This document shows positions 38,107-47,273 of a stretch of DNA of 64,000 nt, piece after piece; the stretch's first letter is position 1; each line of letters starts with the position of its first letter. Source of the DNA: Polyangiaceae bacterium (lineage in GTDB: Bacteria; Myxococcota_A; Polyangia; Polyangiales; Polyangiaceae); assembly GCA_965222375.1 (NCBI GenBank), contig CBDCTZ010000014.1, positions 384,001 to 448,000 of the forward strand, written 5' to 3'. The notes beneath the pieces are model-generated. The model saw only the letters and a program-made list of their open reading frames with translations. It did no database searches and was not told where the DNA came from. A program made the position numbers and the translations under genes.

Positions 38107-39871
38107 AACCTCCCCCCGGGGCGTTTCGATCCGCCTGAAGGTCGTCGTGGCCCTCGTCCTGCTGGCAGTGGTGCCAGCGGGAGTCGTCTCGATGACTCTG
38201 ACGCGACAATACCGGGATTCGATCCACCTGCTCGAGGCCGAGCATCAGGAGGCGGTCGTCGCGGAGGCCTCTGGCAAGGTGATTGAGCGCGTACGGCGGA
38301 TTGAAAACGATGCACAAGCCGTGGCTCAGGCGTTGGCCCTTGCCGCAGCCAAGCCGGCTGGCACCGATGCGGCGTCGGAGAGCGATGGGCTCGATGGTGT
38401 GCGAGCGGTTCTAGCGACTCGAGAGGCGTTCGATGCAGTTCGGTTCGAAGTGCCGAGCGCCAAGATAAGTACCGTGATCTCCAAGCAGGGGACATCTGCC
38501 CAGGCACCGAAGAGCGATGCCCCCCTGCGCAAGCAAGCAGCCGAGCGAGGCGTCGCGTTCGTGGTGCGCGGCGGGCACGGTCTGGTGGTCGTGCCTGTGC
38601 CGCGGGCGAGCCCCAAGGGAGCTCTGGGCTATGTGACCGCTCGCGTAGACCTGAAGCCCCTGCAAACTGAGCTGAAAAAGATTGCGCTCCGCCGGCTGGA
38701 GGGGGCTCGAATCGTGCTTGCAGACTCGGAGCGCCGCGCGGTCGCGCTGGTGGCGCTGCCGGAGGTTCAGCTGGGGTCTGACGTCTCCGCAATGCCTGTC
38801 TGGTCGCGTCTGCCCGAAGGTGTTCCCTGGACAGCCGAGATCGGCGTGGTTGGCGAGTTGAACGTCGCAGGTCAACCGCAAGTTGCTGCCGTGCGCACGA
38901 TTGCCGAGCTCGGTTGGGCGGTTGCCAGCTATCGGTCCGCCAAGGTGGCGTACGCCACTTTGGAGCGGCTGGAGCGCGTGCTGTTGTTGTCTTCGCTAGC
39001 GGCACTGCTGGGCGCCTTGGTTGTAGGCTTTCTGCTCTCTTCCGCCCTGACTCGGCCGGTGCTGTCCCTGGCATCCCAAGCGCGGCTGATTGGCAAGCGA
39101 AAGTATGCACAGCTCGACTTGCCGCAATCCCGAGGGGACGAGTTGGGGGAGCTGGCGCGATCCATGAGTGCGATGGCGCGAGACCTACAGGCCGGGGAAG
39201 AGGAGCTCGAGCGGGAGGCGCAGGTACGGGGCGACTTGAGTCGGTTCCTGAGTCGTGAGTTGGTAGACGCGGTCGTGAGCGGCAAGCATGCTCTGGCTTT
39301 GGGGGGGCGGCGCACAGAAGTAACGGTGCTGTTTGCTGACGTCGTTGCCTTCACTCCAATGGCGGAGAGCCGAGACGCCGCGCAGATCGTCACGTTGCTC
39401 AACGAGCTCTTCACCATGCTGAGCGAAATCGTATTTCGCCACGGGGGCATGGTCGACAAGTTCATTGGAGACTGCATCATGGCTGTGTGGGGGGCCACGG
39501 AGCCTTGCCCGGACCACGCGGAGCGAGCGCTCCGCGCTGCGGAAGACATGCTTCGCTTTTTGGAGACGACGAACGAAGATTGGCGTGCACGCTTCGATGT
39601 GGAGATCCGCCTCGGCATCGGAGTCAATTCCGGCGAGGCCATCGTTGGGAATGTCGGTTCGGACAAACGCATGGAGTTCACAGTCGTGGGCGACGTCGTC
39701 AACGTGGCCGCTCGATTGGAGGCCATTGCGCGACCAAACCAAGTGCTGTTGGGGGAGCGCACCCAGGAGCTGGCGCCCAACGAGCTGCCGCTCACGGACC
39801 TCGGCGCCCACGAGCTGACCGGGCGCCAGAACAAAGCCCGGGTGTTCGGCTACACGCTCGGCGAAGAGTGA
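38087..39871 (+). CDS. Membrane class III adenylate cyclase (periplasmic sensor + HAMP)
   Basis: Two TMs, HAMP (RPV..L...DELGELARSM), VTVLFADV..FT, VDKFIGD, GNVGS..RMEFTVVGD.VNVAARLE. Confidence 0.92.
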   Translation: MAPSSAETSPRGVSIRLKVVVALVLLAVVPAGVVSMTLTRQYRDSIHLLEAEHQEAVVAEASGKVIERVRRIENDAQAVAQALALAAAKPAGTDAASESDGLDGVRAVLATREAFDAVRFEVPSAKISTVISKQGTSAQAPKSDAPLRKQAAERGVAFVVRGGHGLVVVPVPRASPKGALGYVTARVDLKPLQTELKKIALRRLEGARIVLADSERRAVALVALPEVQLGSDVSAMPVWSRLPEGVPWTAEIGVVGELNVAGQPQVAAVRTIAELGWAVASYRSAKVAYATLERLERVLLLSSLAALLGALVVGFLLSSALTRPVLSLASQARLIGKRKYAQLDLPQSRGDELGELARSMSAMARDLQAGEEELEREAQVRGDLSRFLSRELVDAVVSGKHALALGGRRTEVTVLFADVVAFTPMAESRDAAQIVTLLNELFTMLSEIVFRHGGMVDKFIGDCIMAVWGATEPCPDHAERALRAAEDMLRFLETTNEDWRARFDVEIRLGIGVNSGEAIVGNVGSDKRMEFTVVGDVVNVAARLEAIARPNQVLLGERTQELAPNELPLTDLGAHELTGRQNKARVFGYTLGEE

Positions 39872-40024
39872 GGCGGGGCAGCGAGGCCATCCCGAACGCT
39901 GGGCCCGCCGTAGGGGTGTGGATTGCGGCCCGCGATCGTCGTCGCCAGACTCGACGCCAACCCGTCACCAAACCCTGGATTTTCGGCGATTTCTGCTGGC
40001 TCGACTCTTGCTAGTTGGCCCTGC

Positions 40025-42364
40025 ATGAACAACTCGCTTGTCCGGGGGGACGTTCGCATTGGGTTGCGCCTCCCGCGCGGGATCGAGCTGTTGGAACGCG
40101 TCGGCGAGGGCGCCATGGCCCAGGTCTATCGGGCTATCCAGCGCCCCCTCGGAAGAAACGTTGCTGTCAAGGTCATTGCTTCCGACAGCGAAAACGCGGC
40201 CGCTATGAGTGAGCGCGTTCTGCGCGAAGCCAGCGTTGCCTCCACTTTGAATCACCCGAACAGCATCGATATCTACGACTACGGCAAGACGGAAGACGGA
40301 TTGACCTATCTCGTCATGGAATTCCTCCGCGGGAAAGATCTCGCAACCCTCTTGTCGACCCATGGCCCGCTCGGGGTCGAACGAGCAGTGCATCTCATGC
40401 TTCAAGTCTTGTCCGCCCTGGACGAAGCCCATTCCCTTGGGATCGTGCACCGGGACGTGAAGCCCGAGAACGTATTTGTCGAACAGCGCAGGCGTCTGGG
40501 AGACTTCGTCAAGTTGGTGGACTTCGGGTTGGCGAAGTACATCAAGTCCAAGGGTCAACAGATCACTGAGCCCAACCTGGTGAGTGGGACGCCCGAGTAC
40601 ATGGCGCCGGAGCAGGCTCGGGGCGACGCTGTCGACGGGCGGGCCGACTTGTATTGCGTCGCTGTCATCCTGTTCGAAATGCTCGGCGGCAAGCGTCCCT
40701 TCGAAGGCGAGTCGCCGATGGACGTGATGCTGATGCAAATCGGCAGGCCCGCGCCACGTTTGGACACGTCCGGTGATCTGGGCATTCCTCCTGCTCTCGT
40801 GGACATCGTCCAGGGGGGCATGGAGAAGCGGCCCGAGAACCGCTTCCAATCCGCCCGGGAGATGGCACTGGCATTAGAGCAAGTGCTCGAAGAGCGTCGA
40901 TCGGTTCTCCCGGTCAAGCGGGTCTGCCGGGCCTGCGGCGCCCAGGAGCTCCAAGGCCGATTCTGTGGCGTTTGCGGAGCTGCCTCCACGCCGGCCTCGG
41001 CCCCGAACGCGACGACTCGCCGCGCGGTGCCTGCCTTGGTGGGGCGCAATGCGGAGCGGGAGTGGGTGCGTGCTCCCCGGCGGAGCGCGATGGAGGGGCA
41101 GTTCGTGGCCGTGGAGCTCTTGGGTCGACCCGGTGTCGGAAAGACTGCGCTACTGGAAGCCATTGCCGAGGAGTTCCGCAACCTGGGCGACTACGTCGTG
41201 ATGAGTGGTCCGGACGAGTTCGGTGGACTCGTTTCCGGGAGCGGCTTTCGACAGATCATCTCGGCCCTTTCGGACGGAGTGGCGCCCCAAGACCTCGCCA
41301 CTTCAGATGCAGCCCGGTCCAACGCGCTGCGCAAGGCAATGGGGCTCAACGCTCAGGGGCTCGAGGGTGGCTGCGTGGTGGTCATCGTCGATGACGTGGA
41401 TGAGATCGACGCGTTGACCCGTCGTGCGCTTCAGGACGTGGTGGATGCTCCGCCAGAGGGTGGCCTGCTGCTGCTCGTCGCGGCCAAGAACCGCACTCTT
41501 CGCTTGCCGGGCCGCGTCCAGGTCAAAGAAATCGCTCCTCTCAGCAATGAGTGGGCACGCCAACTCGTTTCGGCGGAAGCGCTCGCTATGTGGCCGGAGT
41601 CGAGCAGTTTCACGCCTCTCGCACTCAAGCACCTCGACGGCTATACCTCTGAAGGGGGCGACAATGCGCCGACGTCATTGCCCGAGTTGATCGCGCAGCG
41701 CATCACCCGTACGGACCCGGCGGCGAAGCGCTTGCTTCAGCTGCTTGCCACCGCGCGCCGCCCGATACCCCTGGCGCAGCTGACAGAGCAAAACGAACCC
41801 GATGCCGCCAGCGCGTTCGAACGCCTGGAGCGCCGGGGTCTGGTGCGCTCGGGCAAGGACGGCATGTTCATTCCGCACCGCTTGATGGAGGAGGTCGTGC
41901 GTAGTGCCGTGCCTGTCGGCATGCGCCGCGCCGTCGAGGCGAGAGTGCTCGAAGTCCTGACGGAGCTTGGCGCCCCCTTAGACGCACGCGCCTGGGCTGC
42001 GCGTCGAGCAGAGGCCGTCGTCCTCGGGATTCTGCTGCTAGAGCAGGTGGCTGTCCGCTCCGACCGCTGGGGCGATCCCGCTCTGGCCGCCGAGGCGTAC
42101 CAAGGGATCACCGAGCTGTGTCGTGCGGATGTTGGCCGAGGCGAATTGGACGACCCGCTCGCGATGGAGGCCCGCTACGTACTGCGCTGGGCCGGCGCTT
42201 TGCGCGCGCTCTCCCGAAACAGTGAAGCCAACGCGGTGCTGGCGGAAACCACCGCCCGCCTACCCCCCCACAAGGCCCGCGCGCTGCGACAGGCCCTGGG
42301 CAATAGCGTCACGGAGCCGGCACTGCCCCGGGGTATGCGTCCGGCTCAGAGATCGAACGCGTAG
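40025..42364 (+). CDS. Ser/Thr kinase with zinc ribbon and P-loop ATPase domain
   Basis: GEGAMAQV, HRDVKPEN, DFG, GTPEYMAPE; CRAC...CGVC; LVGR, GRPGVGKT, VIVDD; start reassigned to ATG 40025. Confidence 0.88.
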   Translation: MNNSLVRGDVRIGLRLPRGIELLERVGEGAMAQVYRAIQRPLGRNVAVKVIASDSENAAAMSERVLREASVASTLNHPNSIDIYDYGKTEDGLTYLVMEFLRGKDLATLLSTHGPLGVERAVHLMLQVLSALDEAHSLGIVHRDVKPENVFVEQRRRLGDFVKLVDFGLAKYIKSKGQQITEPNLVSGTPEYMAPEQARGDAVDGRADLYCVAVILFEMLGGKRPFEGESPMDVMLMQIGRPAPRLDTSGDLGIPPALVDIVQGGMEKRPENRFQSAREMALALEQVLEERRSVLPVKRVCRACGAQELQGRFCGVCGAASTPASAPNATTRRAVPALVGRNAEREWVRAPRRSAMEGQFVAVELLGRPGVGKTALLEAIAEEFRNLGDYVVMSGPDEFGGLVSGSGFRQIISALSDGVAPQDLATSDAARSNALRKAMGLNAQGLEGGCVVVIVDDVDEIDALTRRALQDVVDAPPEGGLLLLVAAKNRTLRLPGRVQVKEIAPLSNEWARQLVSAEALAMWPESSSFTPLALKHLDGYTSEGGDNAPTSLPELIAQRITRTDPAAKRLLQLLATARRPIPLAQLTEQNEPDAASAFERLERRGLVRSGKDGMFIPHRLMEEVVRSAVPVGMRRAVEARVLEVLTELGAPLDARAWAARRAEAVVLGILLLEQVAVRSDRWGDPALAAEAYQGITELCRADVGRGELDDPLAMEARYVLRWAGALRALSRNSEANAVLAETTARLPPHKARALRQALGNSVTEPALPRGMRPAQRSNA

Positions 42365-43080
42365 CGAAGTGAAGCACCGGCAATGACCGCGAGAGCCACC
42401 TCGTTGCTGCGATCCCGGTGCAGGCCCTCATCGTAGCTGCGCACGCCGCCGTGAACGGCTAGCGCGAGGTGCGGGCTGACTTGATACCACTCCAGCCCCA
42501 GAGCGCCGCCGTAGTACAGGTTCAGCGCGTCGGCTTTGGCGTAGCCGTAAACGAAGAGCACGTCTTCGCTGACCTCTGCCACTCCAGCGCTGCCTTGAAC
42601 GTAGACGCCCAACCAATCCGTCGGGCGCACGGTGAAGCGCAGCCCGCCGCCGAACCCGTATAGGGCGTACCCGCGCGGATCCGGTGGGCGTGTGGCGTAG
42701 GACGTGGTGGCGAACGCTACGTCTGCTTCACCGAAGAGCATGAGCCATTTCAAAGGCTCGAAGCCCAGCCTGAAGCTGAACCATGGGGCCGTCGGCGAGA
42801 CGTTCTTCAGTGGCCCGACGTGCCCGAGGGCGCCAACACTGGATTCCAGGACGATTCCGCTGGATCGCGGGGGTGGGGGCGGTGCTTCGGGCTGTTCTTC
42901 GACGGTGCCGATGTCTCGACTGCCGGGAACCGCGCGAGCGTCGAGCCAGGCCTCGATCTCAGCCTGAGTCATTTTGCGGGTTTCGTCGTCCTCGTCTGCG
43001 GACGCCAGAGGCGAAGTCAGCACCACGGCGAGCAGGACGCTTGGTGCTGCTGTCCCGCGCATGGCCTGTCCAATCCTCAT
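42346..43080 (-). CDS. Putative outer-membrane beta-barrel protein
   Basis: Signal peptide, Pro linker, alternating strands ending ASLRYAFDL; start 43080 or 43062. Confidence 0.65.
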   Translation of the reverse strand: MRIGQAMRGTAAPSVLLAVVLTSPLASADEDDETRKMTQAEIEAWLDARAVPGSRDIGTVEEQPEAPPPPPRSSGIVLESSVGALGHVGPLKNVSPTAPWFSFRLGFEPLKWLMLFGEADVAFATTSYATRPPDPRGYALYGFGGGLRFTVRPTDWLGVYVQGSAGVAEVSEDVLFVYGYAKADALNLYYGGALGLEWYQVSPHLALAVHGGVRSYDEGLHRDRSNEVALAVIAGASLRYAFDL

Positions 43081-43093
43081 CGCCCGGCCGAGT

Positions 43094-43648
43094 CTAGCCC
43101 ATGAAGTCCGTGCGAGAAAACAGCGCAATCAAAGGCAGTTTTGCCTGCTCGATGGCCTCCCGGCCGCCTTCTAACCGATCGACGAGGGCCAAGATCCCCA
43201 CCACCTGCACTTTGGCATCCGCCAGCGCTTGCACCGCCTTGAGGCTCGAACCGCCCGTCGTGATCACATCTTCCAGCAACACGACCGGCGCGTCATCCGC
43301 AACCGCCTTGTCGCCCTCCACGAGCTTGGCGCTGCCGTGGTCTTTTCGCTCCTTGCGCACGTACAGCGCTGGCAAGGGGCGGCCCCGCTGATGGCTGATG
43401 AGGGAGACGGCGCTCGCCAGAGGACAGCCACCCAGAGCAACGCCCGCCACCGCTTTGTGGCTCGGCAGCTGTTCGAGAGTGTCGAACATCACTTCGCCCA
43501 CCAGGGCGTGCCCCTCTGCCGTGAGGATCGTCTGCTTGCAATCGATGAAGAAGTCGCTCTCCCGGCCCGAGGCCAGAATTACTCGCTTCCGCTCAAAGCT
43601 CCGCTCGCGCAAGAGTGCGAGCAGCCGGTCTCGAGTTGGCGAACTCAC
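43094..43648 (-). CDS. pyrE: Orotate phosphoribosyltransferase
   Basis: LASGRESDFFIDCK, VRKERKDHG, VLLEDVITTGGS PRPP motif. Confidence 0.93.
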   Translation of the reverse strand: MSSPTRDRLLALLRERSFERKRVILASGRESDFFIDCKQTILTAEGHALVGEVMFDTLEQLPSHKAVAGVALGGCPLASAVSLISHQRGRPLPALYVRKERKDHGSAKLVEGDKAVADDAPVVLLEDVITTGGSSLKAVQALADAKVQVVGILALVDRLEGGREAIEQAKLPLIALFSRTDFMG

Positions 43649-44208
43649 GCCCGCTTGGCTCGCTTTTTTCTGCCGCGCACTCCCTTGCCCAGCGCGGGCA
43701 CGACAGGTGCCGGCGGTCCGTCCCCGCGCTTTCGAGCGTTGGACTTCTTTTCCTTCGGCGCCGGCTTGCTGGCAGCAGCTTCCGCTTTCTCCTCCGTCTG
43801 CGCAACAGCAGCCGGGGCTCGTTCCGCGGGTGCACGCTCCGGTACCCGACGGGAAAGCCCCACCTGGGCGCGGCGTGGCGCTGGTGCCTCGCCCTCGGTC
43901 TTCACGTGACCACGCACCAAGGCGCCTTCGGCCACCCCGATCCGCGGCGCGACCAAATCGCCGACCACTCGAGCCCCGCGCTCCAAGAGCACGGCTTCCG
44001 TGCCGTTTAGATCTCCGGACACCTTGCCGGCGATGACCAACTGAGCGCCGTTGATGTTTCCCTCTACGCCGGCGCCTTCACCGACGGCGACGTCGCCATC
44101 GACTTCCACGTCTCCCTCGACGTGACCGCGGATTTCAATAGATCCGCGCCCGCGCACGTTCCCCCGGATCACAGTTCCCTCGCCGACTGTCGATGTTGCA
44201 GATGCCAT
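43645..44208 (-). CDS. Bactofilin with basic C-terminal extension (BacP-like)
   Basis: TVGEGTVIRGNV...I.G.VEGDV...V.GDL...GA...G.V; Lys/Arg/Pro-rich tail; GAGGAAG RBS before ATG 44208. Confidence 0.88.
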   Translation of the reverse strand: MASATSTVGEGTVIRGNVRGRGSIEIRGHVEGDVEVDGDVAVGEGAGVEGNINGAQLVIAGKVSGDLNGTEAVLLERGARVVGDLVAPRIGVAEGALVRGHVKTEGEAPAPRRAQVGLSRRVPERAPAERAPAAVAQTEEKAEAAASKPAPKEKKSNARKRGDGPPAPVVPALGKGVRGRKKRAKRA

Positions 44209-44216
44209 GCTCTTCC

Positions 44217-44531
44217 TCACACGTCCATGTCGACGCTGCCCTTGAAGGACGCGCCATCGGCAATCGTGAGTCGAGAGGCCTTGACGTCTCCGAGGAGCCG
44301 ACCACCGGACTGGATGTCGACTCGATCCTGAGCCGTCGCGTTACCAGTGACCTGCCCCGCAATCGTCAGGGAGCTGCCGGTGACGTCGGCTTCTATGACG
44401 CCGCTCTGGCTGACCTGCACGGGTCCAGAAGTGGACAAGGTTCCCCGGACGGTTCCGTGGATCACGAACTCCTCTTCTCCACTGACCTCGCCTTCGATGG
44501 TGAGGCCCTCTCCAATCACAGTGCTAGCCAT
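44217..44531 (-). CDS. Bactofilin
   Basis: TVIGEGLTIEGEV...I.G.V.G...GDVKASRL.I.DGASFKGSVDM. Confidence 0.92.
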   Translation of the reverse strand: MASTVIGEGLTIEGEVSGEEEFVIHGTVRGTLSTSGPVQVSQSGVIEADVTGSSLTIAGQVTGNATAQDRVDIQSGGRLLGDVKASRLTIADGASFKGSVDMDV

Positions 44532-44551
44532 TTCGTCGCTCCTCAGTTGCT

Positions 44552-44914
44552 CTAGCGCCGCCGGGCGACAGAGCTGAAGTCGAGTGTAAATTCAGTGTCT
44601 AGACGCACGTCCACGCGTGAGCCAGCCTCGATGCTGACGCTCGAACCCACTAGGTCGCCCTTGATGGTGGCTCCGGAACGCACATGGATTGGGCCCGAGC
44701 ACTTGGCGTCGCCGGCAAGCGCCCCCGCGATTTCCAAGCTCTCAGCGGCGACGTCGCCCTCCACGCTGCTGCCCGCGGCCAGGTCCACCGGACCGGTCAC
44801 CGAAACGTCGCCGCTCACCTTGCCCTCGATGCGCAGAGACCCTTTGCCGCTGAGCCGCCCCGCGACCGTTGTGTTTGCGCCGAGCACGCTGGCGTCCGAG
44901 CTCATTCTTGCCAT
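44552..44914 (-). CDS. Bactofilin
   Basis: SVLGANTTVAGRLSG.G.LRIEGKVSGDV beta-helix pattern. Confidence 0.88.
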   Translation of the reverse strand: MARMSSDASVLGANTTVAGRLSGKGSLRIEGKVSGDVSVTGPVDLAAGSSVEGDVAAESLEIAGALAGDAKCSGPIHVRSGATIKGDLVGSSVSIEAGSRVDVRLDTEFTLDFSSVARRR

Positions 44915-45007
44915 GACAATGCGGCGCGCACGCTAACCCGCCGGCCAGGATTCGGCAAGAACACACGCTCAGCCCATTTCCGCAACAGTTCCGGGACGTT
45001 TCGATCC

Positions 45008-45718
45008 TCAGGGCGCCGCGGGCGGCTTCAGCGCCGCCAGTACTTCGTCAGCTCGGGCCACGCTGCGGAAAAGCCCACGCGCGTACAGGAAGCGTTGCTC
45101 GGGCACCGCCAGATCTCCGCTGCGCCCGGCGGTTGCGGCACAAAGCAGGATTGCCGCCGAAACGCTGACGTTCAGGCTCTCGACGAATCCACGCATAGGG
45201 ACGCGTACACTCGACGATGCTGCGCCTTGCAGCTGATCACAGATGCCGTCGTGCTCGTTCCCCAATACGAGCGCGACCTTGTCGATCTCGCGCAATTGCT
45301 CCGGGACCAGGTTGCCCTCCGGGTGAGTCGCAACCAGCGTGAAGCCCTCGCCGCGTAAGGTTCGAATCGCGGTTTCGGGCTCCGGGTGCCTCACTACGTC
45401 GACCCAACGTTCTGTTCCCTTGGCCACGGTCCCCGAGACCGCGAATCCCTCGTCGCGAGGGATGACGTGTACCCACTGCACGCCGAACGCATCGGCGCTC
45501 CGTAACACCGCGGCCCCGTTGTGAGGGTCGTAGGGCGCATCCATCAGCACGGCGACGCTCGCCAAGCGCTGTTTCACCACGTTCTGAATGCGCTGCGCAC
45601 GCTCCCCGAGGACGACGGGCTCGAGGGCTTCAATCACCGCTTCTGCGGTCCAGCCCGAGGGCCAAGGCGCGCTGACCCCCGGCGTCGGAAAGAAGACGTC
45701 TTGGCTATCCCTGCGCAT
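45008..45718 (-). CDS. SpoU/TrmH-family RNA 2'-O-methyltransferase
   Basis: [41 protein letters not shown]. Confidence 0.92.
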   Translation of the reverse strand: MRRDSQDVFFPTPGVSAPWPSGWTAEAVIEALEPVVLGERAQRIQNVVKQRLASVAVLMDAPYDPHNGAAVLRSADAFGVQWVHVIPRDEGFAVSGTVAKGTERWVDVVRHPEPETAIRTLRGEGFTLVATHPEGNLVPEQLREIDKVALVLGNEHDGICDQLQGAASSSVRVPMRGFVESLNVSVSAAILLCAATAGRSGDLAVPEQRFLYARGLFRSVARADEVLAALKPPAAP

Positions 45719-46742
45719 CGGACAGAGATGCGAGGTCTTGCTTCACCGCCTGGGCGACGCTCCGGATTTCCTGCATCAGGCTGGCGAATACGTCGAAGGT
45801 CAGCGCCTGGGGGCCATCCGACAGCGCTTTGGCGGGCTCCGGGTGCACTTCGAGCATCAGCCCGTCAACCCCGGCTGCCGTGGCAGCTCTCGCCATTGGT
45901 CCGACTGCTTCCGCGATGCCCGTCGCATGGGACGGGTCGACTACTACCGGCAAGTGGGTGATGGCTCGGACCAGAGGCACGACGCCGAGATCGAGCGTGT
46001 TCCGGGTGAACGTCTCGAAAGTTCGAATACCCCGTTCACATAGGATCACTTGGTAGTTCCCCTGAGACACGATGTACTCGGCCGCCATGAGCCACTCCTT
46101 CACGGTGCTGGACATACCGCGCTTGAGCATCACCGGTTTACCCGAGCCTCCCACGGCCTCGAGTAGCGAGAAGTTCTGCATGTTGCGGGCTCCAATCTGG
46201 AGGATGTCCGCGTACTCACAAACCAAGCCCAGGGTCTCCGTGTCCTTGACCTCGGTGATGATCGGCATACCCGTTTCTTCGCGGGCCTCTGCCAGTAGCT
46301 GCAGCCCCTTTTCGCGCAGCCCCTGAAAGTCGTAGGGGCTTGTTCGCGGCTTGAAGGCGCCACCGCGCAGCAACGTCGCGCCGTGCTTTCTCACGTGGCG
46401 AGCAGTGGACAGAGTCTGCTCCCGGCTCTCGATGGAGCAGGGGCCCGCCATGATCGTGAGAGCCCCACCCCCAATGCGGGTGCTGCCCACCTCGATAACC
46501 GTGTCGTCAGGTTTGACCTCCCGACTGACCAACTTGTACGGCCGGCTGACGACCACCGCGTCCTGGACTCCGGGCATGCGGTTGAACAGTCCTGGATCGA
46601 GGGCGGACTTGTTGCCAGTGACGCCGATCGCGATCCGCACGGCGCCGGGTATCTCGTTCGCGGTGAACCCGAGTTCTCGAATCCGGTCCGAAACTGCTTC
46701 TATTTGCTCAGGAGTCGCGTCGGACCCCATTACGATCAACAT
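45705..46742 (-). CDS. aroF: DAHP synthase, type I-beta with N-terminal regulatory domain
   Basis: [42 protein letters not shown]; start reassigned to ATG 46742. Confidence 0.95.
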   Translation of the reverse strand: MLIVMGSDATPEQIEAVSDRIRELGFTANEIPGAVRIAIGVTGNKSALDPGLFNRMPGVQDAVVVSRPYKLVSREVKPDDTVIEVGSTRIGGGALTIMAGPCSIESREQTLSTARHVRKHGATLLRGGAFKPRTSPYDFQGLREKGLQLLAEAREETGMPIITEVKDTETLGLVCEYADILQIGARNMQNFSLLEAVGGSGKPVMLKRGMSSTVKEWLMAAEYIVSQGNYQVILCERGIRTFETFTRNTLDLGVVPLVRAITHLPVVVDPSHATGIAEAVGPMARAATAAGVDGLMLEVHPEPAKALSDGPQALTFDVFASLMQEIRSVAQAVKQDLASLSDAQG

Positions 46743-46818
46743 GCCGACTCCTCCAAACGCCCCGCGGTCTAGCACGAATCGAGACCTGCTCTTGCTGGGA
46801 GGGCAGCCTCGAGCTTGG

Positions 46819-46834
46819 AAATGCCGCGGCATTT
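46819..46834. promoter_or_regulatory. Perfect 16-bp palindrome in the aroF/trxA divergent region
   Basis: AAATGCCGCGGCATTT equals its own reverse complement. Confidence 0.4.
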
Positions 46835-46936
46835 TTCGTGTATTTTCCCACGTTTCTGCTTGGCACGGGGCCCGTCCGCTTTGCGGAGCTCGCTTCGAGC
46901 ATTATGTTCCTCGCCTCCCCAATCCGAGAAGGTGTC

Positions 46937-47260
46937 ATGGCATCCGAAAAAGTTCACGTGTTCAACGACCTCAACTTCGACACTGAAGTCATCAAGAGCG
47001 ACAAGCCCGTGATCGTCGACTTCACCGCGACGTGGTGCGGCCCCTGCAAAGCGCTAGCGCCCATCGTCGATCAGTTGGCAGAGGAACTCGACGGCCAGGT
47101 GAAGGTCGGCAAGGTCGATGTCGATGACTCCCCTGTGACGGCCGGCAAGTACGGCGTGCGCGGCGTGCCGACGGTCATGATTTTCAAAGATGGTGAGCGC
47201 TCAGGCCAACACGTAGGCGTGACCACCAAAGCCAAGCTCAAGGAACTGGTCGGCGTCTGA
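46937..47260 (+). CDS. trxA: Thioredoxin
   Basis: VDFTATWCGPCK, GVPT; AGAAGG RBS before ATG 46937. Confidence 0.95.
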   Translation: MASEKVHVFNDLNFDTEVIKSDKPVIVDFTATWCGPCKALAPIVDQLAEELDGQVKVGKVDVDDSPVTAGKYGVRGVPTVMIFKDGERSGQHVGVTTKAKLKELVGV

Positions 47261-47273
47261 GCGCCGCGGAACG

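Noticed and set aside
46860..46876. Sigma54 promoter upstream of trxA (TTGGCACG)
   Set aside because: No GC at the -12 position
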